Below are positions 39,739 through 49,560 of a DNA stretch of 64,000 nt, one piece after another. The stretch is from an uncultured Clostridia bacterium. GTDB lineage: Bacteria; Acidobacteriota; Blastocatellia; UBA7656. The notes beneath the pieces are model-generated. The model searched no databases. It saw nothing but the letters and a program-made list of their open reading frames with translations, and was not told where the DNA came from. The stretch's first letter is position 1; each line of letters starts with the position of its first letter. The stretch covers positions 71,254-135,253 of the forward strand of contig CAZJQQ010000003.1 in NCBI GenBank assembly GCA_964548075.1, read 5' to 3'. Position numbers and translations under genes: made by a program.

Positions 39739-41334
39739 GTGAATATGGGAAGCTTCAGACCTCGCGGCTTAGCGGAATGCCTCCAGATACTTTGGCGGCG
39801 AAAGTTGCTGATCGCATTCGCTACGGCCATAGTGATGCTTGCGGCCGGGGCCGTCGTGATCAGCATACCCAAGTTCTTCGAATCACGGGCCCTCATAGTC
39901 GTTTCCGGCGCGATATACGACCGGCAGGCAAACGGCGCCCAGATTGCCATGGTGACCGAGCAGATAACCAGCCGCTCGAAGCTCGAGACCTTGATTGAGC
40001 GTTACAACCTCTATGCGCCGGTAACCAAGATCGACCCCACCGTTCAGCAATTCCAAAAGGAGATCAAGTTCGACACCAAGTACCGCAGCGATTCAGCGGG
40101 ATTCCCCGAATCTTTCACGGTCTCATATCGCCATTCTGATCCGGCAATCGCCCATAACGTCGTTGCCGAACTGGTCGCGGTTTTCGATCAGGCGAACAAG
40201 ACGCTCGAGACGCAGGCTGCCGAAGAAGCCCAGAGGATCAAAGGCGAGATTGCAAACATCGAAGCCAGGCTCGGCACCGCCAGCGCTCGACGCATTGCGA
40301 GCGCCTTTCAAAGCACTGCTGCCAGCCGCGCCGCGAGCGCGATCGAACGCCAGCGCGCCGAACGCAGCGCGATCTCTTCTACGCTTGAAACGCTCAGAGA
40401 CCGCCAGTTCTTGCTCAACGCCCAGATTGCCGATCAGAAGCGGCTTATCAGTCAGCAGCAGGAGGTTGTCAGAAACACTCCTCCGCCGGTGGACGATCTG
40501 CGAGCGACCAACTCATACGGCGCGCTTGTGAAGCGCAGGGCGGAGCTTGAAGGTCAGATTCAAGATTACTCTTCTAAGTTCACCGACAGGTACCCTAGAC
40601 TCGTGCAGGCTCGCGAGCAGCTTGCGGAGGTTAATCATCGGATAGCCGGAGCCGGCACAGGCGAGCAAGCTCGAGCGGCAGCGGCTTCTCCGGCGTCGCA
40701 AGAGCTTCGTGGCCTGCAACGCGAGCTGTCGCGCCTGGAGACTGAGCTCGAGGTAGTTAAGCGCGAGATCGATCGCAAGCAGCAAGCAGCCCCAGGCATC
40801 ACCTCCAGCAGTCCTGCCCCTTACACGCGAATGCCGTCAGCGCCGATTGTGGACCCCGGTGCGACCGGCGGTTATGGCGACTATGGAGCCGAAGGTTTAC
40901 GAGAGCGTTACACGGCTCTGCTGAAGAGGGAAGACGCGCTTCTCCAGTTCCAGCCGTCGACTGCGGGACCGGCCACCCCGTTTTTCCAAATGGTAGACCC
41001 GCCCAACCTCCCGCAATCGCCTGCGGGGCCGATCCGCTCAAAGCTTATGCTTATGGCGCTTGCGCTTGCCCTGTTTGCAGGACTGGCCACCGCTGCGGTG
41101 GTCGAAGTTCGAAGGCTCGCGACGATCTACGACGAACGTGATGTGAACTATTTCCTGGGCGTGCCTGTTGTCGCGCTGATTCCGGAGACGCTGACCATCG
41201 GCGAGCGCGGGAGCGCCAGGCGTCGACAGTTCGTCCGGCTTCTTGGTTACCTCGCGCTTGGGGCGGCGGCAGTTCCGATTCTGGCGCTGGTGCTCAATGC
41301 AACGAAGGTCTTTCAAATTCTGGGAAACAAATAG
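39739..41334 (+). CDS. Polysaccharide co-polymerase / chain-length determinant (Wzc N-terminal or GumC-like)
   Basis: N-terminal TM, long coiled coil, FT.RYP, VDPP.LP..P..P, C-terminal TMs, LGVPV.A.IP. Confidence 0.88.
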   Translation: MNMGSFRPRGLAECLQILWRRKLLIAFATAIVMLAAGAVVISIPKFFESRALIVVSGAIYDRQANGAQIAMVTEQITSRSKLETLIERYNLYAPVTKIDPTVQQFQKEIKFDTKYRSDSAGFPESFTVSYRHSDPAIAHNVVAELVAVFDQANKTLETQAAEEAQRIKGEIANIEARLGTASARRIASAFQSTAASRAASAIERQRAERSAISSTLETLRDRQFLLNAQIADQKRLISQQQEVVRNTPPPVDDLRATNSYGALVKRRAELEGQIQDYSSKFTDRYPRLVQAREQLAEVNHRIAGAGTGEQARAAAASPASQELRGLQRELSRLETELEVVKREIDRKQQAAPGITSSSPAPYTRMPSAPIVDPGATGGYGDYGAEGLRERYTALLKREDALLQFQPSTAGPATPFFQMVDPPNLPQSPAGPIRSKLMLMALALALFAGLATAAVVEVRRLATIYDERDVNYFLGVPVVALIPETLTIGERGSARRRQFVRLLGYLALGAAAVPILALVLNATKVFQILGNK

Positions 41335-41362
41335 ACTCCACCTGATCGAAAGGGCGAGCTCG

Positions 41363-42244
41363 ATGGGAAAAGTATACGAAGCACTAAGCAGGGCACAGAC
41401 TGATAACGAGGAAATCGACCTCGTTGACGAAGTGGAAGAGGAGCAAGAAGACGCGCACCAGGATGATCCAGCTCCGGAGAGATTCCACTTCATGCGGTAC
41501 TCGTTAGGCGCGGCCTCGACCGTCACCAGGGACCGGACTTTTAGGGGAGCTGCGGCCGCCGCGCTTGTGCCACGATCACCGGCAAAGCCTGGACGCGAAC
41601 TCACAATTGACGCCAACCGAATCGATCCGCACCTGACCGCCTTCCACAACTTCGATCCGCGCGCCTCGCAAGAGTTTAACAGGCTTGCCCTGTCCCTTGT
41701 TTCCAGAGCGGCGGAGAGAGGTTTCAAACGCGTGCTCGTGGCGTCTGCGCAATCGGGTGACGGCCGCACGTGCGTCACGCTCAATCTGGCCTGCGCGCTT
41801 GCGCGCGCTCGACAGCGAGTGCTGGTCGTAGACTGCGATCTGCTCAACCCTTCGGTGATGCGCCTGCTCGGTCTTCACAGCGATATCGGAATGTACGAAG
41901 CCTTCGCGCAGGGAATGCCTCCGGGCGCCGCTGCGGTTGGAATTCGGCCCTACGGTTTCAACGTGCTTCCAACCACGCGGCCCGTCGGCAACCCTACTGA
42001 GCTGCTCGCCGCGCCTGGATTCTGGAAGATGTTGCAGTCTTTCGACGCCGATCACGACTTCATCCTGTTCGACTCATCCCCCCTCGCGAATGGAAGTGAT
42101 GCGAGCCTCCTGGTGCGCTTTACGGATACAACTCTAATGGTGATTCGCGCGGGCCACACCAGCTCCACTGATATGGCCCGGGCCATAGCCCCTTTTTCGC
42201 AGGACGACATACTTGGCGCAGTGATCAATCGAACCAGTGAATAG
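41363..42244 (+). CDS. CpsD/CapB-like BY-kinase domain with variant Walker A
   Basis: SAQSGDGRT (K>R), VLVVDCD, FILFDSSP, ILGAVIN; no Tyr cluster. Confidence 0.85.
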   Translation: MGKVYEALSRAQTDNEEIDLVDEVEEEQEDAHQDDPAPERFHFMRYSLGAASTVTRDRTFRGAAAAALVPRSPAKPGRELTIDANRIDPHLTAFHNFDPRASQEFNRLALSLVSRAAERGFKRVLVASAQSGDGRTCVTLNLACALARARQRVLVVDCDLLNPSVMRLLGLHSDIGMYEAFAQGMPPGAAAVGIRPYGFNVLPTTRPVGNPTELLAAPGFWKMLQSFDADHDFILFDSSPLANGSDASLLVRFTDTTLMVIRAGHTSSTDMARAIAPFSQDDILGAVINRTSE

Positions 42245-42291
42245 AGAGGCCGGGAGAATGTCAGCGGTTCGCGTAATCCCGGAGACGCCCC

Positions 42292-43338
42292 GTGAACAAG
42301 TACAAGGTCAGGATTAAGCACACGGTAATGAGTCTGATGAACAGCGCGGGCTTGTTCGCGCCCTTCCGCCTGGCAAGCCGGGGCAAAACGCTGATCCTGA
42401 TGTACCATCGCTTCAGTGAGACCGGCGAGGGCATATCGACCTATGCTCACCGCTTCGCCGAGCAACTGGATTACCTGACCCAACACTACCGGATAGTGCC
42501 TCTGTCGGAGGTTGCCGGCTACCTCCAAAACGGCAAGCCTATACCGTCCGGTCTCGCGGTCATCACGATTGACGACGGCTACCGTGACGCTTACGAAATC
42601 GCGTTCCCCATCCTCCGCGAGCGAAAGGTGCCGGCAACGCTCTTCGTCGTCACCGATTTTGTAGACCGAAAGTGCTGGCTGTGGACTGACAAGCTCCGCT
42701 ATCTGACTGCTCGCGCTGAGTCGCGCGTCTTCGAGGCTACGGTTAACGGGCGCGCGCTTCGCATCGAGCTGAATGGCAGCGCGGCTCGTCTCCGTGCGGC
42801 CGAGCAAATCAACGGGCAGTTGAAGCGGATGACAGATGACGCGAAGGACGAAGCGATCGAGCGGCTGGTGTCGGTGTTTGGAGTTGAGCTTCCTGCTTTG
42901 CCGCCGTCCGAGCTGAGCGCGTTGACCCCGGACGAGCTCTGCGAAATGGACGCGGCCGGAGTCGTGATCGGATCACACACGGTGACTCACCAGATACTGA
43001 CAAAGGTTAGCGGCGAGAGATTGCGCTACGAGCTGCGCGAGTCGCGGTCCCGGCTCGAGTCCATACTCGGACGCAAAGTGAAGATGCTCGCTTACCCCAA
43101 CGGCGATCATAACCGCGAGGTGCAGAAAGAGGCGGCGCGCGCCGGCTATAAATGCGCGGTTACGGCCGACTACGGCTTGAATAATGGGCATAGCAACATG
43201 CTCGCGCTCAAGCGTATCCACACCGAGCGCGATATGGCGCAGTTCGTCAAGAACACCAGCGGATTTGACGAGGTCAGGAGGTTGCTTTCGCAATTGCGTC
43301 CTGAAAAGCACCAGCCGGCGCCTCAACCAATCGACTGA
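42292..43338 (+). CDS. Polysaccharide deacetylase (CE4)
   Basis: ILMYH, TIDDG, GSHT.TH, AYPNG. Confidence 0.9.
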   Translation: MNKYKVRIKHTVMSLMNSAGLFAPFRLASRGKTLILMYHRFSETGEGISTYAHRFAEQLDYLTQHYRIVPLSEVAGYLQNGKPIPSGLAVITIDDGYRDAYEIAFPILRERKVPATLFVVTDFVDRKCWLWTDKLRYLTARAESRVFEATVNGRALRIELNGSAARLRAAEQINGQLKRMTDDAKDEAIERLVSVFGVELPALPPSELSALTPDELCEMDAAGVVIGSHTVTHQILTKVSGERLRYELRESRSRLESILGRKVKMLAYPNGDHNREVQKEAARAGYKCAVTADYGLNNGHSNMLALKRIHTERDMAQFVKNTSGFDEVRRLLSQLRPEKHQPAPQPID

Positions 43339-43340
43339 TA

Positions 43341-44897
43341 ATGGCTTTGAACGAAACAACATCAGAAAGAAATCTCCTGACTAAGCGGGTGGCCATGCTG
43401 GCGGCCGCGAGGATCGTCGCATTTGCTATGACCATCCCGCTTCCGCTGGTGCTAGTGCGGACGCTCAGCCAGTCGGATTTCGGTCTTTATAAGCAAGTCT
43501 TCCAGATACTGATGACTGTGCTGTCGCTGGCCGGGCTCCAGGTCAACATGAGCGTGCTCTACTTCCTACCTCGCAACCCGGACAAGAAGCCGCAGATCGC
43601 GCTAAACGTGCTGGCCTTCTACGCCGTAGTCGGCTCGGCGATAGCTCTCGTCTTTGCGGTGTTTCCTGGCTGGGTAACGCTCATCTTCAAGGGCGACGGT
43701 CTGGTCCCGCATATGCCCTTGCTCGGAGTTGCGATACTGCTGTGGCTGCTGTCGACCGTGCTCGACGTCGTAGCGGTCGCGGACAACGACATACGCTCGG
43801 CGAGCATGTTCGTGGTAGTCGTTCAGCTCACGAAAAGCGGATTGCTGATGGGCGCCGCCGTGTTGTTTGGAAGCGTCCACGCGGTCGTCGTGGCGGCGGT
43901 CCTTCAGGGCGCTGTCCACTGTTTGATCATGTTTGTCTATCTCCACCGGCGGTTCGGGCGGTTCTGGGGGACGTTCGATTGGATGCTGTTCAAAGCTCAG
44001 CTCGCCAACGCGCTTCCGTTCGGCATCGGAGGCCTCGCGTACGCTACACAAGCTGACCTGCACAATTATTTCGTCTCGCACTATTTCGATCCCGACCAGT
44101 TTGCCATCTACGCGGTTGGGTGCTTTCAGTTGCCGTTGCTTGGCATGCTGCTGGATTCGGTCATCAGCGTGTTGTTGCCTGAGGTTGCTCGGCGCGAAGC
44201 AAAAGCCGACTACGATGGCATCATCGAACTGTGGGCTTCTGCCGTTCGCAAACTCGCGCTTTTCTTCGTGCCCGTGTATGTGCTCCTGTTTGTTGTTAGG
44301 CAGGAGTTCATAACAACGTTGTTTACCAAGAACTACGAAGGCGCCGCACCCATCTTCGCGATTAACCTATTGAACATTCTCTTATACATCTGCGTGCCGA
44401 CATCGATCCTCCGCTCCTTCGAAGATCTGAAGTACGTTCGCCTGAAACTCTCATTGGCTATGATCCCGGTGGCCGCTGCGGCCCTTTACGTGGGCATCCA
44501 CGCGGCAGGGCTGGTAGGCGCAATTACCGCCGTGGTCATCGTTCAGACCTTAGATCTCGCCGTACTGTTGTTGGCAATCGCAAGAAAACTGAAAATGTCA
44601 CCGGCCGGCATCTGGCGGTTCGCGCCTGTCCTGAGGACCGTAGCGGCGGCGGGGGTCGCTGGCGTGGGCGCGTTCACGGTCAAGCTCGCGTTCCCTGGCG
44701 GACATCCTTTCGTAGTTCTTGTCCTTTGCTCGTCAGTCTTCGTAGCCCTCTGGCTGTTTGCCGCCTTCGTTTCAGGCGCGGTGACCCCATCGGAGAGGGT
44801 CGAGATGCGCGCTACATTGCTGAAGTTTTATCGTTCGGGGTCGAGGCGGCTGGGTTTTACGCCGGCAGCCGAGATTCCCAAGCAACGAATAGCATGA
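43341..44897 (+). CDS. wzx: Oligosaccharide flippase (Wzx)
   Basis: Multi-TM MOP pattern, LVR.L...DFG.Y, FAIYAVG. Confidence 0.85.
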   Translation: MALNETTSERNLLTKRVAMLAAARIVAFAMTIPLPLVLVRTLSQSDFGLYKQVFQILMTVLSLAGLQVNMSVLYFLPRNPDKKPQIALNVLAFYAVVGSAIALVFAVFPGWVTLIFKGDGLVPHMPLLGVAILLWLLSTVLDVVAVADNDIRSASMFVVVVQLTKSGLLMGAAVLFGSVHAVVVAAVLQGAVHCLIMFVYLHRRFGRFWGTFDWMLFKAQLANALPFGIGGLAYATQADLHNYFVSHYFDPDQFAIYAVGCFQLPLLGMLLDSVISVLLPEVARREAKADYDGIIELWASAVRKLALFFVPVYVLLFVVRQEFITTLFTKNYEGAAPIFAINLLNILLYICVPTSILRSFEDLKYVRLKLSLAMIPVAAAALYVGIHAAGLVGAITAVVIVQTLDLAVLLLAIARKLKMSPAGIWRFAPVLRTVAAAGVAGVGAFTVKLAFPGGHPFVVLVLCSSVFVALWLFAAFVSGAVTPSERVEMRATLLKFYRSGSRRLGFTPAAEIPKQRIA

Positions 44898-46309
44898 TTG
44901 CTAAAAGCAACAAGATAAAACCGGGGGCGTTGTTTGGCCAACCCACCGAAGGTGTGTCGTTGGACGCCCGCCCGGTAGATGCAATAAGGCCGGCGGTTAA
45001 GGACACTTCACATCCGCTGGCGTTTGCTGGATTGTTTTTCTTCACGCTTCTGCTTTACGTGCGGCCCAATGAGCTGTTTCCAGAAGTGTTCGGCGCGTTC
45101 TCGATCATGAAGATCGTCGCCATCCTTACACTAACCGTTTACATCGGAGGCAAGCTGGTTGGCGGCGAACGACTGAGCGTCTGGCCGCTCGAGATGTCCA
45201 TGCTGGCAATGATCGTGCTGCTTGGGATTGTACTTACGCCCGTCGCTGCTTCCCCGGAAGCCAGCATCGATATGATTTCGGACACCTTCTTTAAGGTGGT
45301 AGTCATCTTCGTTTTGATGATCAATCTTATCGACACTCGCAAGCGACTGCTTCTGATGCTCAAGCTTGTGGTGATATGCGGCGCCGGGATAGCGGCCGGA
45401 AGCGTAGCAAAATTTGCACAAGGAAAATTCACAGTAACCTTGCAAGGCGTAGGCGTCCGGATTGAGGGGACAGTCGGCGGGATATTTGGCAATCCGAACG
45501 ATTTGGCGATGGCGCTGGACATGCTGCTGCCGTTGGCGATTGTGCTCGCACTAACCAGTAAGCCTGTTGGCCGGCTGCTCTATCTAGCCTGTGCCCTTGT
45601 GTTGGTAGTGGGAGTGGTAGTCACGTTTTCGCGCGGAGGCTTTCTGGGTCTGGCAGCCGCGGCTGGGGTTCTGCTCTGGAAGCTCGGTCGGGGTAACAGA
45701 TTGGCTACGGCGATTGCGGCCCTAGCCGCGTGCGCCGTCCTCGCCCTCTCGATGCCAGCCGGATACTCAGACCGGTTGTTCACGATACTCCACACCGAGA
45801 AGGACACGACGGGTTCGGCTCAGGAGCGCCAGGGAGAGGTGATGCGTGCTATTGAAGTTGCGTCACGCCATCCAATCATCGGCATCGGCTTGAATAACTA
45901 TCCCGTCTATTCAAATCACGCGATAAGAGCCCACAATTCATTTCTTGAAATAGCGGCCGAGCTCGGCTTGCCCGGGCTTATAGCTTACCTGATCTTGATT
46001 TTCACGCCGCTGAAGAGACTCAAGCGAATCGAACGCGAAACATCCAAATCGGCCAGTCCCCGCAAACGGGAACTGCATTTCTTGAGCGTCGGAGTGCAGG
46101 CAGCAATCATCGGATACATCGTATGTGCAGTCTTCTCATCGGCTCAATATCAGTGGTACCTCTTCTACCCTGTGGCTTACGCGGTATCGCTGAAGAAACT
46201 GCACGAGATTGAAGGTCTCGATGACCCGGCGGCCAGTGGCCCGATAGCCAAGCAGGTCACGACATCGGGACTGCTTTGGCAACGACAGCGAGTTGAAGTT
46301 AAGGGCTGA
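44894..46309 (+). CDS. O-antigen ligase / Wzy polymerase family
   Basis: GNPNDLA, TFSRGGFLG, P..GIG..N, AHNSF; ATGA overlap with wzx. Confidence 0.88.
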   Translation: MIAKSNKIKPGALFGQPTEGVSLDARPVDAIRPAVKDTSHPLAFAGLFFFTLLLYVRPNELFPEVFGAFSIMKIVAILTLTVYIGGKLVGGERLSVWPLEMSMLAMIVLLGIVLTPVAASPEASIDMISDTFFKVVVIFVLMINLIDTRKRLLLMLKLVVICGAGIAAGSVAKFAQGKFTVTLQGVGVRIEGTVGGIFGNPNDLAMALDMLLPLAIVLALTSKPVGRLLYLACALVLVVGVVVTFSRGGFLGLAAAAGVLLWKLGRGNRLATAIAALAACAVLALSMPAGYSDRLFTILHTEKDTTGSAQERQGEVMRAIEVASRHPIIGIGLNNYPVYSNHAIRAHNSFLEIAAELGLPGLIAYLILIFTPLKRLKRIERETSKSASPRKRELHFLSVGVQAAIIGYIVCAVFSSAQYQWYLFYPVAYAVSLKKLHEIEGLDDPAASGPIAKQVTTSGLLWQRQRVEVKG

Positions 46310-46314
46310 ATCTT

Positions 46315-48288
46315 ATGTGTGGTATCGCAGGAATGTTTGGACCCGCAGAGGCAATGAGCCCCGGCAAGCGCCGCGGAGTGATCGGTCAGATGTGCAGTGT
46401 GATCGAGCACCGCGGACCCGACGACGAAGGTTTCTATGTCGACGGCGGCCTGGCGATCGGGATGCGGCGGCTCTCGATCATCGACCTCGTCACCGGCAAG
46501 CAGCCAATCACCAATGAAGACGGTTCGATATGGATCGTCTTTAACGGGGAGATCTATAACTTTCGGGAGCTTCGCGACGACCTGATTCGCCGCGGCCACA
46601 CCTTTCAGACCGGCACCGATACCGAAGTGATTGTTCACCTCTACGAAGACGAAGGCGAACGTTGTGTCGAGCGCCTGCGCGGAATGTTCTCGTTCGCCAT
46701 CTGGGACAAGCGCGAGCGCAAGCTCTTCATGGCCCGCGATCGGGTTGGCGTAAAGCCGCTGCATTACTGGCTGGCAGGCGACACCCTGGTCTTCGCCTCC
46801 GAGATCAAGTCGATTCTTCAACACCCCGACGTGGCTCGTGAGGTGAACCTCGAAGCAATCTCGGACTTCCTCAGCTTCGGCTACGTGCCGGACCCAGCGA
46901 GCGCCTTCCAAGGCATTCACAAGCTGCTGCCGGGCCATACGCTGACTTTCAAGGACGGACGGTTGAGCACGCGCTGTTACTGGGACTTTGAGTATGATCA
47001 GAACGGTGCCTCCGGCCCGGTCCGAGAAGAGAGCTACTACATAGAACGCATCCGCGAACTGATCGCGGAGTCAGTCAGGCTGCGACTGATAAGCGATGTT
47101 CCTCTCGGCGCGTTCCTCTCGGGCGGAATCGATTCCAGCACCGTTGTGGCGATGATGGCGCGAGAGATGGACAGACCGGTGAAGACATTCTCGATCGGCT
47201 TCACCGAATCTAGCTTTGACGAGCTTCATTATGCTCGCATCGCGGCTCGTCATTTCAACACCGAGCACCACGAGTTCATCGTCACCCCGGACGTGTGCAA
47301 GATCGTGGAGGAAATCGTCTGGCACCACGATGAACCGTTCGCCGACGTCTCTAGCATACCGACGTACATAGTGTCGAAGATGGCCCGCGAGCACGTAACC
47401 GTCATCCTGTCGGGGGACGGCGGCGATGAGCTTTTTGGCGGCTACGATCGGTACCTGGTAGACCGCAATCGCGAACTCTTCGAGCGCATACCGAGCTTCT
47501 TACGTCGTAATTTCATGCTCAGGGCGAGCCGCGCGATTCCGCGAGAAACGTATGGTAAGAATTTTCTCCGCAACATGGCGCTCGACTCGGATTCGCGTTA
47601 TGTAGACAGCGTTTCTTATTTCGACGAAGATGCGAAGCGGGATCTGCTCTCGCCCGGCTTGCGGCGCTGGCTTGCGGGGCACGACTCCGCTGATGAATTC
47701 AGGCGGCTGCTCAGTGTGCCCCGTTCTTCGGAGCGGCTCGACCATCTGTTGTATCTCGACAGCAAGACATACCTTCCCGGTGACATACTGACTAAGGTCG
47801 ATCGAATGAGCATGGCCCACTCCATCGAGGCGCGCGAGCCGTTGCTCGATCACAAGCTCATCGAGTTCGTTCAGACCATACCTGCATCGTTTAAGCTGAA
47901 CGGATCCGTAGGCAAGCACATCTTGAAAACTGCCGTGCGAGGCCTGATTCCCGACGAGATCATCAATCGCCAGAAGCAAGGTTTCGGTGTTCCAATCCGC
48001 AGGTGGTTCAACAATGAACTTCGCGAGTTGCTCTACGATACGCTGACCGACGGTCGAACAAGACAGCGCGGCTACTTCAATCAAGGCGTCGTCGACGAAA
48101 TTCTGGATGAACATCGCCGGGGGCGCCGCGATAACTCGACTCAACTTTGGGGGCTGCTGACTCTGGAGCTCTGGCAGCGTTCTTTCATCGATCGACGCCC
48201 CGACCCTAACTTCGAAGGCGCGAAGCGGATAGGACTCGACAGCTTGACGGTCAACCCGCCCGTAGTCGTTGAAGGGTACGCGCAATGA
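46315..48288 (+). CDS. asnB: Asparagine synthase-like glutamine amidotransferase 1
   Basis: MCGIAG, HRGPD, RLSIID, FNGEIYN, LSGGIDSS, LSGDGGDE, KVDRMSM. Confidence 0.93.
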   Translation: MCGIAGMFGPAEAMSPGKRRGVIGQMCSVIEHRGPDDEGFYVDGGLAIGMRRLSIIDLVTGKQPITNEDGSIWIVFNGEIYNFRELRDDLIRRGHTFQTGTDTEVIVHLYEDEGERCVERLRGMFSFAIWDKRERKLFMARDRVGVKPLHYWLAGDTLVFASEIKSILQHPDVAREVNLEAISDFLSFGYVPDPASAFQGIHKLLPGHTLTFKDGRLSTRCYWDFEYDQNGASGPVREESYYIERIRELIAESVRLRLISDVPLGAFLSGGIDSSTVVAMMAREMDRPVKTFSIGFTESSFDELHYARIAARHFNTEHHEFIVTPDVCKIVEEIVWHHDEPFADVSSIPTYIVSKMAREHVTVILSGDGGDELFGGYDRYLVDRNRELFERIPSFLRRNFMLRASRAIPRETYGKNFLRNMALDSDSRYVDSVSYFDEDAKRDLLSPGLRRWLAGHDSADEFRRLLSVPRSSERLDHLLYLDSKTYLPGDILTKVDRMSMAHSIEAREPLLDHKLIEFVQTIPASFKLNGSVGKHILKTAVRGLIPDEIINRQKQGFGVPIRRWFNNELRELLYDTLTDGRTRQRGYFNQGVVDEILDEHRRGRRDNSTQLWGLLTLELWQRSFIDRRPDPNFEGAKRIGLDSLTVNPPVVVEGYAQ

Positions 48289-49496
48289 GCACAGCGATAA
48301 CCCGAGCACCAGCCGCCGAGCGTCCGTTGCTTGTGAGCGAATCTGACGGTCTGCGGCCTCGCGTGCTTCATTTGATTACTAACTTCGAGATCGGCGGAAC
48401 TGAGCGGCAAGCGGTCGAGCTTCTCAAGCGGCTCGACCGTGATCGCTTCGACGTGCGCCTCGCCGTGCTTCGCAACGAAGGGCCGTTCTATCGAGAGATC
48501 GAGGCGTTGTTCCCGGATGTGCCGGAGTTTCCGCTTACCAGCTTCTACAACGCGAACGCGGTCAAGCAGCTCGCGCGTCTGCGAAGACTGATGGTCCGCG
48601 AGAAGGTAGACATTCTGCACGCGCACGATTTTTACAGCAGCTTCATCGGCGCAGCGGCCGCTCGTCTTGCTGGGGTTCGGGTGATTGCTTGCCAGCGGCA
48701 CTTGAAGCTCTCTGATCGCCGTGCTCACGAAGTCGGAACACGATTGATTCACCGCCTTGCGCATTGCGTACTGGTGAACTCGGAGGCGATTCGCGATCGA
48801 ATCATCGAGCAAGGAAGCGCGCCGCTCAGCAAGATCACTGTGATAAAGAACGGCGTGCTGGAAGCGAACGCGTCCCGGGCGCATTCCCAGGATGATATTC
48901 GCCGAGAGTTAGGCATCAACGCGGACGCGAAGCTCATTGGAATGGTCGCTCGGATGCAGCCGGTCAAAGGCCACCGCTTCTTCATCGACGCAGCCACAAT
49001 CGTGCTGCGCGAGCAAACAAATGCGCATTTCGTTTTGGTGGGCGATGGCCCGCTCAGGCCCGAGATCGAAGACCAGGTTGCGCGACTCGGTATCTCTGAT
49101 CGCTTACACCTGCTCGGCGATCGAACCTTTGTTTCGCGGCTTGTCTCGGGTTTTGATCTGCTTGTGCTCGCCTCGTTGCACGAGGGTTCGCCGAACGCGG
49201 TGATGGAGGCGATGGCTGCGGGCGTGCCGGTTGTTGCAACCGCGGTCGGCGGAACCAAAGAACTGATCACCGACGGCGAGACCGGGTATCTGGCGCCGCC
49301 CGCTGACAGCGCAGCTCTCGCCGATCGAATACTGTTCGCGCTGAGACATGAAGACGACAGCGCGGAGATCACCTCGGCGGCTCGAAGTTGGATCAATGCC
49401 GAGTATGGAATGGACCGAATGGTTGAATCAGTCCAGCGGTTGTATGACGAGTTGATGCCCTGGGAGCGCAGGCATCCTTGCCTGCCTGGCGACTAG
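48285..49496 (+). CDS. Glycosyltransferase family 4
   Basis: GGTE, R..PVKGH, EG.PNAVMEAMA.G.PVV; last residues are REP-encoded. Confidence 0.92.
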   Translation: MSTAITRAPAAERPLLVSESDGLRPRVLHLITNFEIGGTERQAVELLKRLDRDRFDVRLAVLRNEGPFYREIEALFPDVPEFPLTSFYNANAVKQLARLRRLMVREKVDILHAHDFYSSFIGAAAARLAGVRVIACQRHLKLSDRRAHEVGTRLIHRLAHCVLVNSEAIRDRIIEQGSAPLSKITVIKNGVLEANASRAHSQDDIRRELGINADAKLIGMVARMQPVKGHRFFIDAATIVLREQTNAHFVLVGDGPLRPEIEDQVARLGISDRLHLLGDRTFVSRLVSGFDLLVLASLHEGSPNAVMEAMAAGVPVVATAVGGTKELITDGETGYLAPPADSAALADRILFALRHEDDSAEITSAARSWINAEYGMDRMVESVQRLYDELMPWERRHPCLPGD

Positions 49497-49545
49497 AATA
49501 GCTGTTAGGCGAAAGCAGCAGGCAAGGATGCCTGCGCTCCCAGGG
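49458..49545. repeat. GGAGCGCAGGCATCC-family REP doublet, copy 2 (overlaps the GT 3' end)
   Basis: ccctgggagcgcaggcatccttgcctgc / gcaggcaaggatgcctgcgctcccaggg. Confidence 0.9.
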
Positions 49546-49560
49546 GCCATACAGGATCAG

